Position numbers and translations under genes: made by a program
Part shown: in pieces, positions 1-8,309 of the stretch
How positions within the stretch are numbered: position 1 is the stretch's first letter
How the letters are laid out: every line of letters begins with the position of its first letter
Notes under the pieces: generated by a model
The model's input: the letters and a program-made list of their open reading frames with translations, nothing else
Database searches by the model: none
What the model was told of the DNA's origin: nothing
IMG/VR virus record: IMGVR_UViG_2531839665_000024
DNA: 48,253 nt
Source: a virus
Lineage: Duplodnaviria; Heunggongvirae; Uroviricota; Caudoviricetes
Direction: 5' to 3' (one strand)

Positions 1-1164
1 TTACGCCTTCTTTATATCCTCCATAATTCCAGAGTGGGACATATTTGGGACATTATCACCAAAAATGTCGTCTATTTTCCTCGCATGCTCTGTCAAATGA
101 TTAGGCGCAAGGTGAGCATACCTACGAACCATTTCTATGGACTCCCATCCGCCCATTTCCTGAAGCACTGATAATGGGACGCCTGACTGAATCAGCCAGC
201 TTGCCCAGGTGTGTCTGAGGTCATGGAAACGGAAATCTTCAATTCCTGCACGACGACAAGCTGATAGCCATGATGTCTTGCTGTCGATGCGCATCTTCCT
301 GACCGCAGGCGTTGATGTTCCATCTGCTCGCTTAGCCGCCTTGGTATGTACAAACACCCATTTGTGATGCTTGCCTATTTGATCACGCAACACTTTACAG
401 GCGGTATCGTTCAGCGCCACACCAATGGCGCGGTTTGATTTGCTCTCTTCTGGATTCACCCAGGCAACTCGTCGCTGCATGTCGATTTGTTGCCATTCCA
501 GATTTATGATGTTCGACTTTCTCAGACCAGTTGCCAGCGCAAACTTGACGACAGATTTCAGTGGTTCGGGGCACTCATCAATAAGGCGTTTTGCTTCCTC
601 CTTTTCCAGCCATCTGACTCGCTTGTTTCTGACCGCTGGTATCTTGATGACAGGCGCTTTTTCCAGCCACTTCCAGTCGCGTTCTGCAGCACGGAGAATG
701 GCCTTTATCATGGCAAGATGCTTTGCCTTTGTCTGAGTTGATACTGGCTTTGGTTCATAAACAGGCGGTTCTTTACCTTTCCTGATGGCGGCCTGAACTT
801 TCTGTTTCCATATTTCTTTCGTCTTTCTGTTATGCATTCTGCTTACAGCAGAGTAAATCTTTGCCTCCGAGATATCTTTAAGCCTTATACCCTCAAAATG
901 TTCAAGCCAGAACTCAATCCGGCTTTTATCTGAATCGAGAGATTTTTTATCAGCTTTTTCCTCAAGCCATCTTAGGCAGGCCTCTTCAAAAGTGACATCA
1001 GGTAAATCCCCTAGCTTTTCTACTCGCCAGAGTTCTGCTTTTCGCTTGTCGTGCAACTCCTGAGCTTGCCGCTTGTCCTTTGTGCCAAGAGATTCCTTAA
1101 TTCGTTTCCCGCCCGGGAGCGAATACGAGGCATACCATATTTCATTTCTGCGGAAGAGTGACAT
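1..1164 (-). CDS. intD: Phage integrase, tyrosine recombinase (DLP12 IntD type)
   Basis: 387-aa ORF; C-terminal HDLRHTWAS...RRYAHL motif region typical of tyrosine recombinases; matches my recollection of DLP12 IntD; sits at prophage end next to xis. Confidence 0.9.
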   Translation of the reverse strand: MSLFRRNEIWYASYSLPGGKRIKESLGTKDKRQAQELHDKRKAELWRVEKLGDLPDVTFEEACLRWLEEKADKKSLDSDKSRIEFWLEHFEGIRLKDISEAKIYSAVSRMHNRKTKEIWKQKVQAAIRKGKEPPVYEPKPVSTQTKAKHLAMIKAILRAAERDWKWLEKAPVIKIPAVRNKRVRWLEKEEAKRLIDECPEPLKSVVKFALATGLRKSNIINLEWQQIDMQRRVAWVNPEESKSNRAIGVALNDTACKVLRDQIGKHHKWVFVHTKAAKRADGTSTPAVRKMRIDSKTSWLSACRRAGIEDFRFHDLRHTWASWLIQSGVPLSVLQEMGGWESIEMVRRYAHLAPNHLTEHARKIDDIFGDNVPNMSHSGIMEDIKKA

Positions 1165-1391
1165 TTTCTTTCCTCTGTTATGCCATCACCCGCGCTCACC
1201 TGGACAGTATGCAGCGGAGACTGAAGCGCCGCAATGCAGGCTTGCCGTGTTGTGAGGTAAGGAGATTTTGGCTTGGTTGGATCTTTACGTGTTGCCTGTA
1301 GGCGGCCTGTTCGTATCCAGTTGGTGGCGGTTGGTCTGGATATCTTAAGAAACTGACAGGCCTCATCGAGTGTGAGGCTGTATGATTCCAT
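1020..1391 (-). CDS. xis: Excisionase-like HTH protein (AlpA/Xis family); start taken at internal ATG with upstream GAGGTAACC; 3' part overlaps int in another frame
   Basis: N-terminal [26 protein letters not shown] helix-turn-helix directly upstream of int; the long overlap with int is unusual, so the true 3' end is uncertain. Confidence 0.45.
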   Translation of the reverse strand: MESYSLTLDEACQFLKISRPTATNWIRTGRLQATRKDPTKPKSPYLTTRQACIAALQSPLHTVQVSAGDGITEERKCHSSAEMKYGMPRIRSRAGNELRNLLAQRTSGKLRSCTTSEKQNSGE

Positions 1392-1641
1392 GGTTACCTC
1401 TGCTTTTTGAACGCATGTCACGTAACTTCTTAATGTGTTCTGCCGTTTCGATCTCTTCTGCTATCCGATCTGCATCAGCTTTATTCACAGGTTCAAAGTC
1501 ATGATTAAAGCGGAACATGCTGGCGATACATGTTCTGCCTTTTCGGATGTAGTGAACTTTGTTGTGGGTAGAACGCAGGATTTTGCAGGGAGTGCCGTGG
1601 TGGTCGACGTACCAGGTGTTAGGAAAAATGATTCTGAACAT
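1363..1641 (-). CDS. Hypothetical early-left operon protein
   Basis: 92-aa ORF co-oriented with early-left genes; no family recognised. Confidence 0.3.
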   Translation of the reverse strand: MFRIIFPNTWYVDHHGTPCKILRSTHNKVHYIRKGRTCIASMFRFNHDFEPVNKADADRIAEEIETAEHIKKLRDMRSKSRGNHGIIQPHTR

Positions 1642-1688
1642 TTTTACACCTCAGTTGGACGATGTTGAAATTTGCTGCTTTGAGGCCA

Positions 1689-1907
1689 TCACAGTCCCCA
1701 TTGTTTGTTCTTAAGTTCGATCTCCTCCTGGCAACTTGCACAAGTCCGACAACCCTGAACAGCCAGGCGTCTTCGCTCATCTATCGGATCGCCACACTCA
1801 CAACAATGAGTTGCGGATACAGTCTGGTAGTTCAGACGACGCATTTTTATTGCTGTATTGCGCTGTAATTCTTCGATTTCTGATGCCGAATCAATGATGT
1901 CTGCCAT
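1689..1907 (-). CDS. TraR/DksA-family C4 zinc-finger protein
   Basis: 72-aa ORF with CxxC-X17-CxxC (CCECGDPIDERRRLAVQGCRTCASC) typical of phage TraR-like proteins. Confidence 0.6.
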   Translation of the reverse strand: MADIIDSASEIEELQRNTAIKMRRLNYQTVSATHCCECGDPIDERRRLAVQGCRTCASCQEEIELKNKQWGL

Positions 1908-2005
1908 CTTCCATTAATCCCTGAATTGTTGGTTAATACGCTTGAGGATGAATGCGAACAATAAAAAAGGAGCCTGTAGCTCCCTGATGATTTTGCTTTT
2001 CATGT

Positions 2006-2317
2006 TCACCGTTCCTTAAAGACGCCGTTTAACATGCCGATCGCCAGGCTTAAATGAGTCGGTGTGAATCCCATCAGCGTTACCGTTTCGCGGTGCTTCT
2101 TCAGTACGCTACGGCAAATGTCATCGACGTTTTTATCCGGAAACTGCTGTCTGGCTTTTTTGATTTCAGAATTAGCCTGACGGGCAATGCTGCGAAGGGC
2201 GTTTTCCTGCTGAGGTGTCATTGAACAAGTCCCATGTCGGCAAGCATAAGCACACAGAATATGAAGCCCGCTGCCAGAAAAATGCATTCCGTGGTTGTCA
2301 TACCTGGTCTCTCTCAT
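2006..2317 (-). CDS. Hypothetical early-left protein (true start may be an internal Met)
   Basis: 103-aa ORF co-oriented in the operon between exo and xis. Confidence 0.3.
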   Translation of the reverse strand: MRETRYDNHGMHFSGSGLHILCAYACRHGTCSMTPQQENALRSIARQANSEIKKARQQFPDKNVDDICRSVLKKHRETVTLMGFTPTHLSLAIGMLNGVFKER

Positions 2318-2489
2318 CTGCTTCTGCTTTCGCCACCATCATTTCCAGCTTTTGTGAAAGGGATGCGGCTAACGTATGAAATTCTTCGTCTGTTTCTACT
2401 GGTATTGGCACAAACCTGACTCCAATTTGAGCGAGGCTATGTGCCATCTCGATACTCGTTCTTAACTCAACGGGAGATGCTTTGTGCAT
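2298..2489 (-). CDS. Hypothetical small protein
   Basis: 63-aa ORF, co-oriented, acidic. Confidence 0.25.
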   Translation of the reverse strand: MHKASPVELRTSIEMAHSLAQIGVRFVPIPVETDEEFHTLAASLSQKLEMMVAKAEADERDQV

Positions 2490-2650
2490 ACAGCTCCCCG
2501 TTTATTATTTATCTCCTCAGCCAGCCGCTGTGCTTTCAGGGGATTTCGGATAACAGAAAGGCCGGGAAATACCCAGCCTCGCTTCGTAACGGAGTAGACG
2601 AAAGTGATCGTGCCTACGCGGATATTATCGTGAGGATGTTTCATCGCCAT
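2462..2650 (-). CDS. Hypothetical small protein immediately downstream of exo
   Basis: 62-aa ORF whose start overlaps the exo stop region (coupled arrangement). Confidence 0.3.
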   Translation of the reverse strand: MAMKHPHDNIRVGTITFVYSVTKRGWVFPGLSVIRNPLKAQRLAEEINNKRGAVCTKHLPLS

Positions 2651-3321
2651 TGCTCCCCAAATACAAAACCAATTTCAGCCAGTGCCTCGTCCATTTTTTC
2701 GATGAACTCCGGCACCATCTCGTCAAAACTCGCTATATACTTTTCATTCCGCTCAATCACGACATAATGCAGGCCTTCACGCTTCATACGCGGGTCATAG
2801 TTGGCAAAGTACCAGGCATCTTTTCGCGTCACCCACATGCTGTACTGCACCTGGGCCATGTAAGCCGACTTTATGGCCTCGAAACCACCGAGCCGGAATT
2901 TCATGAAATCCCGGGAGGTAAACGGGCATTTCAGCTCAAGGCCATTGCCGTCACTGCATAAACCATCGGGAGAGCAGGCGGTGCGCATACTTTCGTCGCG
3001 ATAGATGATCGGGGATTCAATAACATTTACGCCGGAAGTGAACTCAAACAGGGTTCTGGCGTCGTTCTCGTACTGTTTTCCCCAGGCCAGCGCTTTAGCG
3101 TTAACTTCCGGAGCCACACCGGTGCAAACCTCAGCCAGCAGGGTGTGGAAGTAGGACATTTTCATGTCAGGCCACTTCTTTCCTGATCGGGGCTTTGCTA
3201 TCACGTTGTGAACTTCTGAAGCGGTGATGACGCCGAGCCGTAATTTGTGCCATGCATCATCCCCCTGTTCGACAGCTCTCACGTCGATCCCGGTACGCTG
3301 CAGGATAATGTCCGGTGTCAT
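2641..3321 (-). CDS. exo: Lambda-type 5'-3' exonuclease (Red alpha)
   Basis: 226-aa translation matches my recollection of lambda Exo nearly end to end ([40 protein letters not shown]...). Confidence 0.95.
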   Translation of the reverse strand: MTPDIILQRTGIDVRAVEQGDDAWHKLRLGVITASEVHNVIAKPRSGKKWPDMKMSYFHTLLAEVCTGVAPEVNAKALAWGKQYENDARTLFEFTSGVNVIESPIIYRDESMRTACSPDGLCSDGNGLELKCPFTSRDFMKFRLGGFEAIKSAYMAQVQYSMWVTRKDAWYFANYDPRMKREGLHYVVIERNEKYIASFDEMVPEFIEKMDEALAEIGFVFGEQWR

Positions 3322-4103
3322 GCTGCCACCTTCTGCTCAGTGGCTTTCTGTTTCAGGAATCCAAGAGCTTTCACTGCTTCGGCCTGTGTCAGTTCTGACG
3401 ATGCGCGAATGTCGCGGCGAAATATCTGGGAACAGAGCGGCAATAAGTCGTCATCCCATGTTTTATCCAGGGCTATCAGCAGAGTGTTAATCTCCTGCAT
3501 GGTTTCATCGTTAACCGGAGTGATGTCGCGTTCTGGCTGACGTTCTGCAGTGTATGCAGTATTTTCGACAATGCGCTCGGCTTCATCCTTGTCATAGATA
3601 CCAGCAAATCCGAAGGCCAGACGGGCACACTGAATCATGGCTTTATGCCGTAACATCCGTTTGGGATGCGACTGCCACGGCCCCGTGATTTCCCTGCCTT
3701 CGCGAGTTTTGAATGGTTCGCGGCGGCATTCATCCATCCATTCGGTAACGCAGATCGGATGATTACGGTCCTTGCGGTAAATCCGGCATGTACAGGATTC
3801 ATTGTCCTGCTCAAAGTCCATGCCATCAAACTGCTGGTTTTCATTGATGATGCGGGACCAGCCATCAACGCCCACCACCGGAACGATGCCGTTCTGCTTA
3901 TCAGGGAAGGCGTAAATTTCTTTCGTCCACGGATTAAGGCCGTACTGGTTGGCGACGATCAACAATGCGATGAACTGCGCATCGCTGGCATCACCTTTAA
4001 ATGCCGTCTGGCGAAGAGTGGTGATCAGTTCCTGTGGGTCGACAGAATCCATGCCGACACGTTCAGCCAGCTTCCCTGCCAGCGTTGCGAGTGCTGTACT
4101 CAT
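3318..4103 (-). CDS. bet: Lambda-type single-strand annealing protein (Red beta)
   Basis: 261-aa translation matches lambda Bet ([66 protein letters not shown]...); start overlaps exo stop. Confidence 0.95.
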   Translation of the reverse strand: MSTALATLAGKLAERVGMDSVDPQELITTLRQTAFKGDASDAQFIALLIVANQYGLNPWTKEIYAFPDKQNGIVPVVGVDGWSRIINENQQFDGMDFEQDNESCTCRIYRKDRNHPICVTEWMDECRREPFKTREGREITGPWQSHPKRMLRHKAMIQCARLAFGFAGIYDKDEAERIVENTAYTAERQPERDITPVNDETMQEINTLLIALDKTWDDDLLPLCSQIFRRDIRASSELTQAEAVKALGFLKQKATEQKVAA

Positions 4104-4108
4104 CCGTT

Positions 4109-4405
4109 TTATACCTCTGAATCAATATCAACCTGGTGGTGAGCAATGGTTTCAACCATGTACCGGATGTGTTCTGCCATGCGCTCCTGAAACTCAACAT
4201 CGTCATCAAACGCACGGGTAATGGCTTTTTTGCTGGCCCCGTGGCGTTGCAAATGATCGATGCATAGCGATTCAAACAGGTGCTGGGGCAGGCCTTTTTC
4301 CATGTCGTCTGCCAGTTCTGCCTCTTTCTCTTCACGGGCGATCTGCTGGTAGTGACGCGCCCAGCTCTGAGCCTCAAGACGATCCTGAATGTAATAAGCG
4401 TTCAT
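4109..4405 (-). CDS. gam: Gam, RecBCD inhibitor (98-aa form)
   Basis: [21 protein letters not shown]... matches lambda Gam short form. Confidence 0.9.
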   Translation of the reverse strand: MNAYYIQDRLEAQSWARHYQQIAREEKEAELADDMEKGLPQHLFESLCIDHLQRHGASKKAITRAFDDDVEFQERMAEHIRYMVETIAHHQVDIDSEV

Positions 4406-4480
4406 GGCTGAACTCCTGAAAATGGCTGTGAAAAAATCGCCCGCGGAATGCCAGGCTGATTCGGAAAACAGGAAAGGGGA

Positions 4481-4771
4481 TTAGTGATTCAGACCGTTGC
4501 CGCGTCCGTCGAGAAAAACTTCCACGAGCAAGTCACGGGTATAAGTGCGCTCAATGCCGCGATGCAGATAAAGTCGTCCGCGTAAATTAGCTGATGCAGT
4601 CCAGGTACCATCTTTGCGTTTGACCAGCATTCCTAGCATGACCGCACCGCGATTAACGGTCTGCGTTCCGTAATGTTGATGAACCATAAAAACTCCTGCC
4701 CGTAAGCTGGGCTGCTGAACATATAAAGACTTCTGCGCGTATTCAGGCGGTGGATGGCCGCCGGTTGTCAT
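4481..4771 (-). CDS. Hypothetical protein in the kil/cIII position of the early-left operon
   Basis: 96-aa ORF (possibly 68 aa from internal Met); does not resemble lambda Kil or CIII as far as I can recall. Confidence 0.35.
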   Translation of the reverse strand: MTTGGHPPPEYAQKSLYVQQPSLRAGVFMVHQHYGTQTVNRGAVMLGMLVKRKDGTWTASANLRGRLYLHRGIERTYTRDLLVEVFLDGRGNGLNH

Positions 4772-4964
4772 AACTAAGCCGCCTCGTTGAAGCGACTAAG
4801 GTATGAAATGTTGAGTTGATTTCAGCTGGTCACACCGACGTTCACGCGTCCGTTTCATCCCTCGCACTCCCCGAAGCCTGCTGAAATTCAAGCTGCGGAT
4901 CTAAGCGGTCATCGCAACGGTGAATCAGGTGGTTGCCGTATCGTTGTGTTGTTGCGATATGGTG

Positions 4965-5010
4965 ATAATAGCTATTGCTATTGGTGATATCAATACTTAT
5001 TGCTATTAGT
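4965..5010. promoter_or_regulatory. Putative OL operator region (repeated TTGCTATT motifs, AATAGCTATT palindrome)
   Basis: TTGCTATT at 4975-4982 and 5000-5007 plus palindrome 4967-4976; the same 8-mer recurs twice in the cI-cro intergenic region. Confidence 0.35.
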
Positions 5011-5127
5011 TGATGTGTTTTGATATTAAATGTTTGATAGCAAAAAGAATTAATTTTGTGACTTGCATCGCATAGCGATAACTGAAGTGAGGTCGTGGTG
5101 GTTTTTTGAACGGTGTGTGATGAGGGG

Positions 5128-5161
5128 AGGGCAAAAGAAAACCCGGCACGGTGGCCGGGTT
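5128..5161 (-). terminator. Rho-independent terminator closing the cI-distal operon
   Basis: Minus-strand hairpin CCCGGC-N6-GCCGGG (plus 5142-5159) followed by a U-run (TTTTCTTTTG), immediately after the stop of the 149-aa membrane protein gene. Confidence 0.55.
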
Positions 5162-5609
5162 ATTGTTCTTGATTGATCTTATCGAAGATATCATGACTTA
5201 ATTTTTGCACATTTAGGAAATTTACTATGAAGAAGACAATTGCGTAAATTATTAATGTGAAAAAAAGTATTGAAGGAGAGAATTTTAGTATCAGGGATTT
5301 AAATTCAAAGCTGAACTCATACTCTTTTAAATATTCACTAAGCACAAGGCATAAAGTAGAAAGAGTGAAAAAGCGCAAAAAAGAATTTCGTATAGATACC
5401 AATTCTTTTCTGATAACTTTAACATAATTAATGTTTTTAATGCCAGACATGTTAAAAGTTACAATCAACCCTAACCCGATAGAAAACATTATGCCACAGA
5501 CAGAATACAATGTAGAAATCAAAAACTGATCAGGCCTCCAAGCTAAAAATGATGGAAGCCCGATAGTAATTATCAGAACAATTAGCAAGCTAGCTATTTG
5601 TCGCTTCAT
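5160..5609 (-). CDS. Small integral membrane protein, about four predicted TM helices (RexB-position, RexB-like topology)
   Basis: 149-aa ORF in about 30 percent GC DNA; hydrophobic segments IASLLIVLIITIGLPSFLAW, ISTLYSVCGIMFSIGLGLIVTF, FLRFFTLSTLCLVL, ILFFTLIIYAIVFFIVNFL; start overlaps the upstream gene by 20 nt. Confidence 0.6.
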   Translation of the reverse strand: MKRQIASLLIVLIITIGLPSFLAWRPDQFLISTLYSVCGIMFSIGLGLIVTFNMSGIKNINYVKVIRKELVSIRNSFLRFFTLSTLCLVLSEYLKEYEFSFEFKSLILKFSPSILFFTLIIYAIVFFIVNFLNVQKLSHDIFDKINQEQ

Positions 5610-6615
5610 TTTCTATCTCTTTTAAATATCTGCTCATTTCTTGAAATACCTCTTGTTCTACAAGCTTGCCTGAATCAGTAACCTCAATTGTTACATTTTT
5701 AATCTTAAGAAGATCTTTGCCTTTTATTTCTGAGCGACCATCACTTCGTTTGAATACAATGTTATCAAGATCACTAACAGGTTTTAATGTTGCACTTAAT
5801 AGTTTAGCATAACTATCTTCATCCATGCTCCTTGGTTTACTAAACTTTATCAACAGTTCAGCTGATACTATTTGATTGTCAATTATTTCTTTTAGATTTG
5901 GGAAATTTGGTACAGCTGATTTCAATGCATTTAAAACAGCGTGTGAAAGTTTTATTTTTGTATTTTTTTCTTCAATTTCTGATGGTGGCGATTTCATATC
6001 GGATGACTGAACCAATACTTCTTTTGGAAGAGGAGATGGATCTCTCACAGAAATTGATTTTATATCCTTAAGCTGAACTTTATTACCTTTAACAATCATC
6101 GGTGTGAATTCAATCATTTCATTCCCAACCAGCCAGCGTATATAAGTTTGTAGAGATGATATAGTCCTATTCATCTGCAGATTGGTAACTAAATAATTAT
6201 CACTTATACAGAAGTAGAAATGGTTTTTGCATACGACCTCTGTATCAATGTCAGCATTATGGAGATCACTAATTGTAAATGATTTTTTGTTAAAAAGTTG
6301 ATCGGGAATCTTTTCAACTCCCTCGCTTGGGGCAATTCTAACCATTGTACAAAAAACAGAATTACTGTTGTCTGATGTCTGATAGAACGATATCAAATCT
6401 TGTTCTTGCCTAAGATCGTCAGAGTTTAAAACCATGCAACGTTCTTTTACGGTAGATGAGTCAACTAGCTTTTGTAATAAAAGCTTTTTCGCGGGGCTAG
6501 ATTTTTCTGTTAGATTATTGTTTTCTATCTTAAAAGCTCTTAATTTCACTTGTTTAGGTTTATTATGTTTTTTATTTACAGAGCTGCTATTTTCACTATT
6601 CATAGAATCAACCAT
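5590..6615 (-). CDS. Uncharacterised 341-aa soluble protein (RexA-position); candidate sensor/effector of a phage-exclusion system
   Basis: 1026-nt ORF in AT-rich DNA (a long ORF is statistically unlikely by chance in AT-rich sequence); directly downstream of cI on the same strand; no recognisable family. Confidence 0.6.
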   Translation of the reverse strand: MVDSMNSENSSSVNKKHNKPKQVKLRAFKIENNNLTEKSSPAKKLLLQKLVDSSTVKERCMVLNSDDLRQEQDLISFYQTSDNSNSVFCTMVRIAPSEGVEKIPDQLFNKKSFTISDLHNADIDTEVVCKNHFYFCISDNYLVTNLQMNRTISSLQTYIRWLVGNEMIEFTPMIVKGNKVQLKDIKSISVRDPSPLPKEVLVQSSDMKSPPSEIEEKNTKIKLSHAVLNALKSAVPNFPNLKEIIDNQIVSAELLIKFSKPRSMDEDSYAKLLSATLKPVSDLDNIVFKRSDGRSEIKGKDLLKIKNVTIEVTDSGKLVEQEVFQEMSRYLKEIENEATNS

Positions 6616-6708
6616 TGATTATGTGTAGTTTTATAATGTAGTAAGCATCAAGTATTTTTATAATTTGAGTTTGGTTTATCACACAAACATTTAAACCAAC
6701 TTGCTAAG

Positions 6709-7437
6709 TCATCCATGCTTTCTGTATGTCTGCGGCATGCTCCCAATAACTTTCCCGAAGATAAACACCCGGTTCATCTCGTCTTTCTCGATCGGGTCCC
6801 ACGGTGAGTAGCTCTTGTTATCAGAGATAACCAGCAGCTTATCCTTCATCATTTGCAGGCGCTTTACATGGGCTGTGTCGTCATACAGAAACGCATAGAT
6901 ACCATCACCGTCGAAAGATTTAACCGTGATATCAACGAACAGAAGATCACCTGGTTCGATCGTTCCTGACATGCTGTCACCACGCACGTTAATGATGCGG
7001 ATATTTTCCGCCTTCCTGCCATCGAACATGTGACGAGCATCGTCAAACGAGTACTCAACCGAGCGTAGAACTTCTACAAACTCACGGTTGATTACACCCG
7101 GCCCGGCACTGACTTCTATATCAAGAACGTCAATCTTGAAGTATTTTGAATGGCTGACAGCAGGCTTCCCTGATTGTTGACCGTCATTTCTCATCGGGCC
7201 TATGCCTGATGAGAGCCATTCTGTTCGAACACCCAATGCATTAGCTATTTCAACAATTTTTGTTGAGCCGCGCGCGTTGCCGCTTGTCAGTCTCCAGATT
7301 GTGGGTTGAGCTACGCCAGACGCCTTTGCAAGAGCGCCTTGAGACATTCCAGATTGTTCCATCGCTAGGTTTAAGCGATCAGCAAGAGTTTCTTTTTTCA
7401 TAAGTTTTAATTTATACGCTTGCGTATTGATGGTCAA
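6709..7437 (-). CDS. cI: CI-like prophage repressor with N-terminal HTH and C-terminal S24 (LexA-like) autopeptidase domain
   Basis: HTH (MSQGALAKASGVAQPTIWRL), Ala-Gly cleavage-site candidate (VSAGPG), GDSM serine and downstream lysine of S24 fold; annotated ORF begins at TTG, true start could be the internal ATG 36 nt downstream. Confidence 0.85.
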   Translation of the reverse strand: MTINTQAYKLKLMKKETLADRLNLAMEQSGMSQGALAKASGVAQPTIWRLTSGNARGSTKIVEIANALGVRTEWLSSGIGPMRNDGQQSGKPAVSHSKYFKIDVLDIEVSAGPGVINREFVEVLRSVEYSFDDARHMFDGRKAENIRIINVRGDSMSGTIEPGDLLFVDITVKSFDGDGIYAFLYDDTAHVKRLQMMKDKLLVISDNKSYSPWDPIEKDEMNRVFIFGKVIGSMPQTYRKHG

Positions 7438-7511
7438 AACACGTTTTGCTATTGCTTTGATTAATACGCATTGCTATTATTCATTCATTGCAATACCAAT
7501 AGGAATTGATA
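7438..7511. promoter_or_regulatory. Putative OR operator/divergent promoter region between cI and cro
   Basis: TTGCTATT at 7446-7453 and 7471-7478, palindrome ATTGCAAT at 7487-7494; divergent gene arrangement. Confidence 0.45.
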
Positions 7512-7739
7512 ATGACAAATCAAACCATTCAACTCGCAATCAGTATTACAGGTAGTCAAAAACGACTGGCAGATCTATGCGGTGTAGCCCAACCCACAGT
7601 TTGGCGTTGGCTACACGGTGGCGGAATTGATGCCCGCTATGTAATGAAAATTGTCTCAGCCACTGGTGGAAAGATTAAACCAGCAGATATTCGTCCCGAC
7701 CTCGCACCATTGTTTAACGCGAGTAATTCTGCCGCCTAA
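7512..7739 (+). CDS. cro: Cro-like HTH regulator (YdaS-like)
   Basis: 75-aa ORF from ATG with AGGA SD; HTH QKRLADLCGVAQPTVWRW; divergent from cI. Confidence 0.75.
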   Translation: MTNQTIQLAISITGSQKRLADLCGVAQPTVWRWLHGGGIDARYVMKIVSATGGKIKPADIRPDLAPLFNASNSAA

Positions 7740-7763
7740 ACTGCGGCGTTAACTGATAAGGCA

Positions 7764-8309
7764 ATGACTATGCAACCACTTACATACCAACAGACTAGCG
7801 GATTTAGCCCGACTGCGGTGATAAATCGTTCTCAAATAAAACAAGCTCCAGACCACGAAAAAATCCGTGATGCCGTCCGCGCCTGGTCGGCTGTAGATAA
7901 TCAGGATGTCGTTGCCGCACTCATTGTGAATGAGTATCGGGAGCAGGGCGACGGCACCATCGATTTCCCTGATGATGTCAGCCGTGCACGCCAGAAGCTG
8001 TTCCGCTTCCTCGATAACAAATTCGATTCTGAAAAATACCGAAATAACGTGCGTGAACTGACCCCGGCAATTCTGGCGGTACTACCGCTGGAATATCGCG
8101 GTTACCTGGTTGAGCAGGATAGCTTCATGACTCGGCTGGCTGAAATGGAAAAGGAACTCAGTGAGGCAAAACAGGCTGTCATTCTCAACGCACCACGCCA
8201 CCAGAAACTGAAGGAAATTAGTGAAGGTATTGTGTCGATGTTTCGTGTGGACCCGGATCTGGCTGGTCCATTGATGGCGATGGTTACCACCATGTTGGGG
8301 GCAATATGA
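7764..8309 (+). CDS. YdaT-like protein in the cII position
   Basis: 181-aa ORF directly after cro with SD AAGG; family assignment from memory only. Confidence 0.45.
   Translation: MTMQPLTYQQTSGFSPTAVINRSQIKQAPDHEKIRDAVRAWSAVDNQDVVAALIVNEYREQGDGTIDFPDDVSRARQKLFRFLDNKFDSEKYRNNVRELTPAILAVLPLEYRGYLVEQDSFMTRLAEMEKELSEAKQAVILNAPRHQKLKEISEGIVSMFRVDPDLAGPLMAMVTTMLGAI

Noticed and set aside
425-741. Plus-strand ORFs of 103 and 84 aa inside the integrase gene
   Set aside because: Antisense to a well-supported int gene, low-complexity translations, no start context; treated as chance ORFs.
5006-5194. 62-aa minus-strand ORF overlapping the putative OL operator and terminator
   Set aside because: Overlaps regulatory elements, begins inside the terminator hairpin region and has no start context; judged spurious.
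5590-6615. Calling the 341-aa protein a RexA homologue
   Set aside because: I cannot see convincing sequence similarity to lambda RexA by eye; only position and architecture are analogous, so it is left as uncharacterised.
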